In this document: in pieces, positions 1 through 5,731 of the stretch | Layout of the letters: each line of letters begins with the position of its first letter | Position numbering within the stretch: position 1 is the first letter of the stretch | IMG/VR virus record: IMGVR_UViG_3300045988_128093 | Span: 1-31,456 of that record | DNA: 31,456 nt | Direction: 5' to 3' (one strand) | Source of the DNA: a virus | The notes under the pieces: generated by a model | Seen by the model: the letters and a program-made list of their open reading frames with translations, nothing else | What the model was told of the DNA's origin: nothing | The model's database searches: none | Position numbers and translations under genes: made by a program

Positions 1-55
1 AAAAATATTAATAAAACTATTGACATATACGGCAATGCGTGTTAATATAATTACA
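1..55. repeat. Terminal direct repeat, copy 1 (identical to 31402..31456); most likely a circular-assembly overlap
   Basis: Compared base by base: the 55 nt aaaaatattaataaaactattgacatatacggcaatgcgtgttaatataattaca are identical at both window ends. Confidence 0.95.
21..49 (+). promoter_or_regulatory. Sigma-A type promoter driving the micro-peptide/HTH cassette
   Basis: TTGACA (21-26), 17-nt spacer, TG at 41-42, then TAATAT (44-49), an extended -10. An RBS (GAAAGGAGG) and the ATG at 72 follow. Confidence 0.6.
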
Positions 56-71
56 GAAAGGAGGTAGAAAG

Positions 72-182
72 ATGAGAAAGAAAAAAAGCAGCAACAAGGC
101 TGAAATGCTTAACCTCATCACTGCAACTATCAATTTGATAGCGTCCATAGCTACATTGATTATAGCAATAAGATATGGTTAA
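72..182 (+). CDS. 36-aa membrane micro-peptide (MRKKKSSNKAEMLNLITATINLIASIATLIIAIRYG); type I toxin / holin-like toxin architecture
   Basis: Manual translation; below the 60-aa cutoff of the ORF track. GGAGG lies 7 nt upstream of the ATG. Basic N-terminus followed by one predicted TM helix. Confidence 0.55.
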   Translation: MRKKKSSNKAEMLNLITATINLIASIATLIIAIRYG

Positions 183-187
183 GGCAA

Positions 188-207
188 GGGGGATAACACA
201 ATCCCCC
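188..207 (+). other. Intercistronic GC-rich hairpin (GGGGGAT / ATCCCCC, 6-nt loop)
   Basis: Perfect 7-bp stem between the two micro-ORFs. No U-tract, so it is not a canonical terminator. Confidence 0.4.
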
Positions 208-228
208 GCTCATCTAAAAAAAGATAAA

Positions 229-312
229 ATGAAGATATTAGCAATAACATTAAGTAGCATAGCGATTGTATTATCAATCTGTTCTATCATTGTTACTTTA
301 AAAAGGAGATAG
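229..312 (+). CDS. 27-aa membrane micro-peptide (MKILAITLSSIAIVLSICSIIVTLKRR); type I toxin-like
   Basis: Manual translation: a single TM helix ending in KRR, the layout seen in Fst/PepA1-type toxins. The RBS is weak, so this is less certain than the first peptide. Confidence 0.4.
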   Translation: MKILAITLSSIAIVLSICSIIVTLKRR

Positions 313-317
313 CTATA

Positions 318-497
318 ATGGAACTAAAGGAAATGCGAAAGCTTCTTGGATTATCACAATCAGCATTTGGCAAAAGATACAACATACCTGTAAGGACAAT
401 TCAAGATTGGGAGAGTGGTCGTAGAAAAGCCCCCATATATGTTCTTGAATTATTAGAAAGAGCAGTCGTTGAAGACTCAAAAGCTGAAACATATTAA
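318..497 (+). CDS. 59-aa XRE-family helix-turn-helix protein
   Basis: Manual translation: MELKEMRKLLGLSQSAFGKRYNIPVRTIQDWESGRRKAPIYVLELLERAVVEDSKAETY. Typical HTH_3 motif (LGLSQ..FG....TIQDWE.G). RBS AAAGGAG upstream. Confidence 0.75.
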   Translation: MELKEMRKLLGLSQSAFGKRYNIPVRTIQDWESGRRKAPIYVLELLERAVVEDSKAETY

Positions 498-513
498 TTA
501 TGTATTTACGATG

Positions 514-546
514 AAAAGAGAGACGATTAAGTCTCTCTTTTTTATT
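514..546 (+). terminator. Rho-independent terminator of the micro-peptide/HTH cassette
   Basis: Stem AAGAGAGAC (516-524) / GTCTCTCTT (531-539), 6-nt loop, then a T-run. Confidence 0.8.
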
Positions 547-581
547 GCAAAATTGACCTCCTATTGTGATAATAGTGAAGA

Positions 582-613
582 AGAGCGAGCCAGTCGCAGG
601 CCCGCTCTTTTTT
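582..613. terminator. Second terminator hairpin, possibly bidirectional, between convergent units
   Basis: AGAGCG-a-GCC (582-591) pairs with GGC-c-CGCTCT (599-608), followed by T6 on the plus strand. An A-run precedes it as read on the minus strand, directly after the RHH stop codon. Confidence 0.65.
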
Positions 614-764
614 ATTTCTTTAACTCTTCAACCTTTTCGCTCACTAGCAACTCTATGTAGTTACTGAGCGACCTATTTTCGCTAGAGGCTAGCTCTGTTA
701 CTGCCTCCTTGAGTGACGGTGTAAGTCTTACCGCCACTCTTTCTGTTCTCTTCTCTTCTCCCAT
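612..764 (-). CDS. 50-aa ribbon-helix-helix (CopG/Arc/MetJ-type) DNA-binding protein
   Basis: Manual translation of the minus strand: MGEEKRTERVAVRLTPSLKEAVTELASSENRSLSNYIELLVSEKVEELKK. Classic RHH pattern (beta strand RVAVRL, then two helices). RBS AAAGAGAGGG. Not in the ORF track (<60 aa). Confidence 0.8.
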   Translation of the reverse strand: MGEEKRTERVAVRLTPSLKEAVTELASSENRSLSNYIELLVSEKVEELKK

Positions 765-778
765 AATATTCCCTCTCT

Positions 779-1387
779 TTAAATAAAATCGACGATATCG
801 TCAAAATCAATTAATTCAATGCGTGTAGCTTTTGAATAATCTAAATCTTCAATGATCGTATCATTATCAACGTCATAATATGCCTTATACACACCGTCAG
901 AGGTCACAACGTACTGATAAAAATCATTACCATCAAAGCATTCGTCCCAACCGAACATATCACCGATTATATAATCGCCATTTTCAGCCGTAACCGTCAT
1001 ATGTTCAGGTATTCCGTACTTGTTGCGGAACTTATCACAGTGATATTGTTCTAGTGAATATTTGTCAAGTGGTGCAAACTCGCCAATCTCATTAGTATTA
1101 GATATAAAATCTCCGTCCTCATCTACAACTTGTGATTGTAAATAAATCTCCTCAATTTCCAAGTTTTCACCGACATAACCATAATTAGAATGATATTCAG
1201 CAAAAGCCTTTTTTGCATCGTCTAAATTCTCAAACTGTGCCAAAAGTTCAGCGCCATCTTCACAGCCTATTATACTTCCCGGTATATAATTCTTTATTTC
1301 GTCCCTTTTAAATCTTCTGCTCAATTCCTTGTCGTATCTGTATATTGCGTATATAGTTCTTTCCATCGTTTTATCCTCCTTGAGCAT
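779..1387 (-). CDS. Highly acidic protein of unknown function (195-202 aa)
   Basis: ORF track. Two plausible starts, each with a good RBS: 1387 (GAGGAG) and 1366 (AAGGAGGA). Very rich in D/E. I recognise no motif. Confidence 0.7.
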   Translation of the reverse strand: MLKEDKTMERTIYAIYRYDKELSRRFKRDEIKNYIPGSIIGCEDGAELLAQFENLDDAKKAFAEYHSNYGYVGENLEIEEIYLQSQVVDEDGDFISNTNEIGEFAPLDKYSLEQYHCDKFRNKYGIPEHMTVTAENGDYIIGDMFGWDECFDGNDFYQYVVTSDGVYKAYYDVDNDTIIEDLDYSKATRIELIDFDDIVDFI

Positions 1388-1412
1388 TTCGCTCTCCTCT
1401 TAACTTGTCTAC

Positions 1413-1441
1413 AGTATACACCTATTGTCGAACATTGTCAA
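1413..1441 (-). promoter_or_regulatory. Sigma-A type promoter for the acidic-protein/RHH operon
   Basis: Minus strand reads TTGACA (1441-1436), exactly 17 nt, then TATACT (1418-1413). The spacer holds a tandem TTGACAAT / TTCGACAAT. Confidence 0.6.
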
Positions 1442-1474
1442 CATATTTTTTAAAACTTTCTGAAAGTGTCTCAA

Positions 1475-1534
1475 ACAATTGCGTACAATTGGTGCAACAT
1501 TAGGTGCAACACCAATATCGGCAAATATCGGCAA
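1475..1534. repeat. Array of three phased direct-repeat pairs (candidate attP arm-type binding sites)
   Basis: ACAATTG at 1475 and 1485. GGTGCAACA at 1491 and 1503. ATATCGGCAA at 1515 and 1525. A further AGTGCAACACC lies at 1683..1693, on the other side of the tRNA fragment. Confidence 0.55.
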
Positions 1535-1597
1535 TAACACGAGTTAGACAAGCAAAAGAAAAACACCGCAACTCGTTAGAATTGCAGTGTTTTGAGG

Positions 1598-1642
1598 TGG
1601 TGTCCCGAAGAGGATTCGAACCTCCGACACCCGCTTTAGGAG
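1598..1642 (-). other. attP core candidate: 3' 45 nt of a tRNA-Arg(CCU) (anticodon loop to CCA), not a complete tRNA
   Basis: Minus strand reads CTCCTAA-AGCGG-GTGTC-GGAGG-TTCGAAT-CCTCT-TCGGGAC-A-CCA. These are the anticodon loop with CCT, anticodon-stem 3' strand, variable loop, T arm, acceptor 3' strand, discriminator and CCA. The matching 5' strands (GTCCCGA, CCGCT) are absent upstream. Confidence 0.7.
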
Positions 1643-1698
1643 TACAACAGAGATTATTGATATTTCAACGCGCTGAAGAGGAAGTGCAACACCAGAAA

Positions 1699-2715
1699 TC
1701 ACATCAATGCAGCAGCTTGATTTATTAGCTCGAAATCAACGTGTGTATATATGTTGGCAGTCATAGCTATATCGGCATGGCCCATTAGATATTGAGCTGT
1801 TCGGATATCAACACCGCGCTTCTGTAAGTTGGTGCAGAATGTATGGCGCAAAGAGTATGCAGATATATCAGTTGCGAGAGGATAAGGCGGCAAGAGTTCA
1901 TTGCGATATACCTTGCACCCCATATCTATATTCATTAGCCTAGATAAGTGCGCCCAGGCTCTCCGCTTATTATCCTTGTTCAGTTCTTTGCCTTGCTGAT
2001 TTTTGCAAAGCAATTCGAACGGAGATAATTTGCGCGGTAACAATTTAGCGAGGCCATCAACGATAGGCACATATCTATCTGCTGCCTTTGTTTTAGTTCC
2101 GCGAATATGTAAATATCGCTCACCATCTCGCATGACTATATCACGAAATTCAACTGCAGAGGCTTCGGAAGGGCGGCATCCCGCATAATACATCAATGCG
2201 AAATATACGGGCACATAATGTTGATTAAGTACATTCAAGAAGTGCTGTTCTTCTGATGTAGTTAATGAGCGTCTAGGATTGTAATAGCCAGAAGGCTTTA
2301 CAAGATTTTCAGTAGGATCTATATTGATTAGCTTGTTGATTTTCGCATATTTGAAAATAAAACGCAGCATCTGATATGTATCATTGATAGTTGCTTTTGA
2401 TTTAGAGCCTTTTAAATTCAAAACGCGCTGACACATGATAGGAGTTACATCCTTAATCAATAAAGCACCAATCTCATTGAGCACATATGATTTTAGCTTC
2501 TGCAAATACTTCTCGCGTGTTATTTCGCTCTGATTTACCTTGTAGGTATCAACGCATTCAAGCGCCCATGATGCAACAGTGCGCCTTGCTGGATTCAGCA
2601 CCTCATCGCGCTCAAGCGCCTGTTTCTTCAAAATGAGCTTTTCGATAGCAGCACGCTCGGTTTTTCCGCGCACAAAATAGCGCTTGCCATTGTATGTAAA
2701 TGTTTTAGTAATCAT
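1699..2715 (-). CDS. int: Tyrosine recombinase / phage integrase
   Basis: 338 aa. The C-terminal catalytic region carries RPSE...R, SLRHTFCTNL and LMGHADIAMTANIYTHV (the R-H-R-Y signature). Confidence 0.95.
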   Translation of the reverse strand: MITKTFTYNGKRYFVRGKTERAAIEKLILKKQALERDEVLNPARRTVASWALECVDTYKVNQSEITREKYLQKLKSYVLNEIGALLIKDVTPIMCQRVLNLKGSKSKATINDTYQMLRFIFKYAKINKLINIDPTENLVKPSGYYNPRRSLTTSEEQHFLNVLNQHYVPVYFALMYYAGCRPSEASAVEFRDIVMRDGERYLHIRGTKTKAADRYVPIVDGLAKLLPRKLSPFELLCKNQQGKELNKDNKRRAWAHLSRLMNIDMGCKVYRNELLPPYPLATDISAYSLRHTFCTNLQKRGVDIRTAQYLMGHADIAMTANIYTHVDFELINQAAALM

Positions 2716-2747
2716 TAAGGACCTCGATTAAATAAAAAGTTGTTTTT

Positions 2748-3533
2748 TTATTCTTCGATTTCGTCGTCTTCTGTTACTTCAGATTTCTTTTCCGCTGACA
2801 GGCTTTCATTCTTTTTCACATTATTCTTTACCCAACATGTTTGAACTCCATCAATATGTTCTTTTAAAGAATCGGCAATACTTGACATGCCCATTGGATC
2901 AAGTATAACATCAATGCCTTCGCGACGAGCAACCTTTGCCGCTGGAACAAAATCACTATCTCCTGCAATTAAAATTATTTGGTCAACTTGTCTTCTGTAT
3001 GCAAGAGATGCTATGTCAATTCCTAATTTCATATCTACACCTTTTTGCCTCCAGCTAGGAGAAAAATCCATCTCTGTTAAATCATCTAGTGTGATTTGGT
3101 TATGTAATAAAGCTTTCATTCTGTCTGGCTTAATTGCGAAGGTCGCACCGGAATCAAGCAGATAACCTTTACGAAGACACATTTTTCGCTGCTCCTTGAG
3201 GTAACTAAAGAATTCCAGTGTCCATTTATATGTATCTGTTTTCTCAAAATCTATATTTTTCTTTAAATAAGGATGATAGACAACCTTGGATAATGGATTA
3301 CAGTCATAATAGAATATTCTATAAAGTTGTCTATCAGAACCAACGCAGTCCTTTGGATGAAGTTGTTTATTATCAGAATAAATATAAACATCATTTGTTC
3401 TAACCTTTTGTATATGCGACATACAATAGGCGTATAATTCGTTGGCTCTTGATTTAGGTTCTTTATGTCCCCAACGAGTTGCGGCTCTTTTTCTATAAAA
3501 ACCACCATCAACAAATATAGCTGTTTTGTTCAT
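2748..3533 (-). CDS. NYN-domain (LabA/PIN-like) putative ribonuclease with an acidic C-terminal tail
   Basis: N-terminal AIFVDGGF and KGVDMKLGIDIASLA...IILIAGDSDFVPAAKVARREGIDV match the NYN (PF01936) acidic-residue pattern. RBS AGGAGG. Confidence 0.75.
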   Translation of the reverse strand: MNKTAIFVDGGFYRKRAATRWGHKEPKSRANELYAYCMSHIQKVRTNDVYIYSDNKQLHPKDCVGSDRQLYRIFYYDCNPLSKVVYHPYLKKNIDFEKTDTYKWTLEFFSYLKEQRKMCLRKGYLLDSGATFAIKPDRMKALLHNQITLDDLTEMDFSPSWRQKGVDMKLGIDIASLAYRRQVDQIILIAGDSDFVPAAKVARREGIDVILDPMGMSSIADSLKEHIDGVQTCWVKNNVKKNESLSAEKKSEVTEDDEIEE

Positions 3534-3544
3534 TAATACCTCCT

Positions 3545-3605
3545 AAAATTAAAAGCTCTAGACCTCAGCCACACCCATATCCGCGGGTTGCCTACTATCT
3601 AGAGC
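3545..3605 (-). promoter_or_regulatory. Terminator-like structured leader upstream of the NYN gene
   Basis: On the minus strand, GCTCTAGA ... TCTAGAGC (8-bp closing stem) encloses an imperfect inner hairpin (GGCAACCC / GGGUGU). It is followed by CUUUUAAUUUU and then the NYN RBS. Confidence 0.45.
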
Positions 3606-3626
3606 AAAATAAACTTTATTATTAAT

Positions 3627-3663
3627 GTACACGAAGTGTACCACTCCAGACACAAAAAGTCAA
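3627..3663 (-). promoter_or_regulatory. Candidate promoter (TTGACT-17-TACACT) overlapped by the perfect palindrome GTACAC-GAA-GTGTAC
   Basis: -35 at 3663-3658 and a weak -10 at 3640-3635. The 15-bp palindrome at 3627..3641 overlaps the -10, like an operator. Confidence 0.35.
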
Positions 3664-3684
3664 TATATAAATATGTTTTTTTAT

Positions 3685-4104
3685 TTACTTTTTCACCTTT
3701 TCAAGCTTTATTGTCTTTTCTACACCCATTGCAGAGGCTTTGTATTTGATATATTTGCCGTCGTAAGTAAATTCTTTTGTATCGTCTTGAGATGCCAATA
3801 AAGAGCTTTCATGCTTTTCTTTATTAGCTGTTGAAGTCCATTTATAAACCTTCGTATGTTTTGTTGGCTTTTCATACGTTCCAGACCAATATAGAGCCTT
3901 CGTGTCATCGCTCATCCAATAGATCTCAATAGTATCATCTGTAACGGTCGCTTGCTGCCATCCATCTTCGTCTCCGTTGACTTGCTTCCACTCGCCAGTT
4001 AGGTTATATGGCTTCTTTGGCTTGGATGCTTTCTGCTTGCTATTGCAAGCTGTCGTTCCAAATACAACGGCTAGAATTACTAATAGAGTGATTAATTTCT
4101 TCAT
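3685..4104 (-). CDS. Prophage lipoprotein (candidate superinfection-exclusion protein)
   Basis: Start moved to MKKLITLLVILAVVFGTTAC (signal peptide plus lipobox Cys), with RBS AAAGGATGAG. It sits between the immunity genes and int. Confidence 0.75.
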   Translation of the reverse strand: MKKLITLLVILAVVFGTTACNSKQKASKPKKPYNLTGEWKQVNGDEDGWQQATVTDDTIEIYWMSDDTKALYWSGTYEKPTKHTKVYKWTSTANKEKHESSLLASQDDTKEFTYDGKYIKYKASAMGVEKTIKLEKVKK

Positions 4105-4168
4105 AATATTCTCATCCTTTCTTAAACACAGAGCAGGTCCCAACACTCTATAAACGACAATCAATTAC

Positions 4169-4420
4169 CTAAACGCACAGTGGTGATGCTGTTGTGTGAT
4201 GCCTTAATCCCTCAAGCTCATCAATAGACATCATAGAAGAGAAATCACAGTTGCTGATATGCTCCAGCTCGTGTGCATAAGATGAGCGGTGCCGCTCTGC
4301 GGTATCTCTGGCATTTAAAATAATAGTGTAAAAAATCTCACCATTCGCATCTATGCAATAAGTTGTAACACCATGCACACGATGCGGAAGGTCAATGAAT
4401 TTAACTTGAATGCAGTTCAT
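4169..4420 (-). CDS. immA: Short ImmA/IrrE-like zinc metallopeptidase (anti-repressor protease)
   Basis: HEXXH motif (YAHELEHI). Its start overlaps the upstream XRE repressor stop by 1 nt (TAATG). The repressor lacks an S24 domain. Confidence 0.6.
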   Translation of the reverse strand: MNCIQVKFIDLPHRVHGVTTYCIDANGEIFYTIILNARDTAERHRSSYAHELEHISNCDFSSMMSIDELEGLRHHTTASPLCV

Positions 4421-4791
4421 TAATCTTCATCTCCGAATTGGTCTTTTTTTAACTTTTCAAGAATAGAAGCAACGCTCAATATATCTTCTTTAGTCACATT
4501 GCGCGAAGCATCAAATAGCACCTTTAATTCTGGGCGCTCGTACATCTCTTTAGCGGCTTCTGCTGCATCTGGATCTAAATAATACGTTGATTTATTTTCT
4601 CTACCGAGCAAATAATCAATAGATACATTGAAAAAATCAGCAATCTCTTCTTGGCTCTCAAAACTTGGCTTGCGATCACCTGTTTCATATGCACCAATTA
4701 ACGATTTTGAAACTCCGAGCGCCTTTGCAAGAGAAACTTGCGAATAACCGCGCTTTATTCTTAATTCTTTTAAAACATCTTTAAATTCCAT
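4420..4791 (-). CDS. XRE-family CI-like repressor (ImmR-type)
   Basis: Start moved to MEFKDVLKELRIKRGYSQVSLAKALGVSKSLIGAYETGDRKPS (HTH_3). Divergent from the Cro-like gene. Confidence 0.85.
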   Translation of the reverse strand: MEFKDVLKELRIKRGYSQVSLAKALGVSKSLIGAYETGDRKPSFESQEEIADFFNVSIDYLLGRENKSTYYLDPDAAEAAKEMYERPELKVLFDASRNVTKEDILSVASILEKLKKDQFGDED

Positions 4792-4829
4792 TTTGCAATT
4801 TCCCTTCCTTATATACCCACATATAAAGT

Positions 4830-4912
4830 ACACCTAAAGTGGAATAAAAGCAATAAAAAATCACTAAAAGTGGAAAAAAGTACTTGACACCCACTATGAA
4901 TGGACTTATACT
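4830..4912. promoter_or_regulatory. Immunity switch region: PR promoter plus three related 13-bp operators
   Basis: PR is TTGACA (4884-4889), 17 nt, TATACT (4907-4912). The operators resemble CCACTAAAAGTGG and lie at 4830-4842, 4861-4873 and 4891-4903, the last inside the PR spacer. Confidence 0.65.
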
Positions 4913-4940
4913 TGTTATTGAGAAAGAGAGGGAAAACAAC

Positions 4941-5132
4941 ATGTATAGCAATAAACTAAAAGAGTTAAGAAAAAATAAAGGTGTAACACAAGTTGAAGTT
5001 GCGAATAGTGTTAGAATCTCAAAGAGTTCATATAATGCATATGAGTTAGGTGTGCGAAATCCACGCGATGATGTAAAAACTGCAATTGCCAATTATTTTG
5101 GTGTAACAGTGCAATATATTTTTTTTGATTAA
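4941..5132 (+). CDS. Cro-like XRE-family HTH protein (63 aa)
   Basis: Start moved to MYSNKLKELRKNKGVTQVEVANSVRISKSSYNAYELG. Divergent from the repressor. Confidence 0.8.
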   Translation: MYSNKLKELRKNKGVTQVEVANSVRISKSSYNAYELGVRNPRDDVKTAIANYFGVTVQYIFFD

Positions 5133-5137
5133 AACAC

Positions 5138-5150
5138 CCACTAAAAGTGG
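5138..5150. promoter_or_regulatory. Fourth, perfectly palindromic operator copy, CCACT-AAA-AGTGG
   Basis: An exact inverted repeat located 6 nt after the cro stop codon. Confidence 0.5.
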
Positions 5151-5170
5151 TCAGATGAAGAGGCTGAAAG

Positions 5171-5377
5171 ATGGATAAGCAGACAATTACGAAAGATATA
5201 AAGAGGGAAATAGGCAATTGGCCTTGTCTATCAGATATAGCCAAGTATCTTGGCAAGTCGCGAGATTATGCTAATAACCTCATGCAAGGCTGCGAATTCA
5301 TCTTTGATGGAAAGAAGAAACAATACCTTGCTTCAGATGTAGCAGAGCAGCTTATGAACAAGAGGCGGTGTGTGTAA
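5171..5377 (+). CDS. Hypothetical small protein, possibly DNA-binding (excisionase-like position)
   Basis: ORF track. The function is guessed from size and position only. Confidence 0.5.
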   Translation: MDKQTITKDIKREIGNWPCLSDIAKYLGKSRDYANNLMQGCEFIFDGKKKQYLASDVAEQLMNKRRCV

Positions 5378-5584
5378 TTGTCAAAATACGATGTAGCAGA
5401 GTATGCATATCAGAACTACAAGGCGAATAAGAAGATAACAATCAAGTGCTTATCGCAAGAGAGGCACATCACAAGAGAAGATGAATCACTTATCAGAGCT
5501 GCATATTGCATAGGATATCGCAATGCGATAGAGCAAGCCTGTGAGGCATTAGAAGAAAAGGAGTCTGAAAATGAAAGAATTTAA
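5378..5584 (+). CDS. Hypothetical protein (TTG start directly after the preceding stop)
   Basis: ORF track. There is no in-frame ATG, so translational coupling is likely. Confidence 0.45.
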   Translation: MSKYDVAEYAYQNYKANKKITIKCLSQERHITREDESLIRAAYCIGYRNAIEQACEALEEKESENERI

Positions 5585-5714
5585 AGAAGCATTAAAATGC
5601 ATGTGCTCTGATGAGCAAGGCGAATTCCAAATCACAGAAGTAATTGCTGGGGGGGGAATTGCTCTTCTAATACCTATGTTGTGGGTGTTTTTATATGCAA
5701 TTGGCTGCAATTAG
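5571..5714 (+). CDS. 47-aa small membrane protein containing a G8 tract
   Basis: Manual translation: MKEFKEALKCMCSDEQGEFQITEVIAGGGIALLIPMLWVFLYAIGCN. Strong RBS AAGGAG 8 nt upstream. G8 run at 5649..5656. Confidence 0.5.
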   Translation: MKEFKEALKCMCSDEQGEFQITEVIAGGGIALLIPMLWVFLYAIGCN

Positions 5715-5731
5715 AAGAAGGGAGGCAAATC

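Noticed and set aside
1-55. Terminal repeats as attL/attR or a biological long terminal repeat
   Set aside because: The integrase-adjacent tRNA fragment is internal, so the window ends are not att sites. The HNH/P27-TerS module predicts cos ends near 15.9 kb. An exact 55-nt overlap cutting through a promoter is more simply a circular-assembly overlap. A true short DTR cannot be excluded without reads.
565-573. TG-extended -10-like element (TGTGATAAT) between the two terminators, possibly driving a tiny RNA ending at the second terminator
   Set aside because: The TTGACC is only 5 nt upstream, so there is no properly spaced -35. The AT-rich context makes such matches common. The predicted product would be only 30-40 nt. 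It is too speculative without transcript data.
469-660. 63-aa plus-strand ORF from the track
   Set aside because: It begins inside the 3' end of the HTH gene in another frame and runs straight through two terminator hairpins. It also overlaps the well-supported RHH gene on the opposite strand. It has no RBS, so it is most likely spurious.
1598-1675. Possible complete tRNA gene
   Set aside because: Only the 3' 45 nt fit the cloverleaf. The sequence where the acceptor 5' strand (GTCCCGA), D arm and anticodon-stem 5' strand (CCGCT) should be does not pair. I therefore call it a tRNA fragment (attP core), not a tRNA.
1504-1728. 74-aa plus-strand ORF from the track
   Set aside because: It covers the repeat arrays and the antisense of the tRNA fragment (attP). 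The translation is low-complexity and it has no RBS. A non-coding attP region explains the sequence better.
3218-3514. Overlapping ORFs on both strands inside the NYN gene
   Set aside because: They are AT-rich frame shadows with Ile/Asn/Tyr/Phe-rich nonsense-like translations. The NYN frame carries the recognisable motifs.
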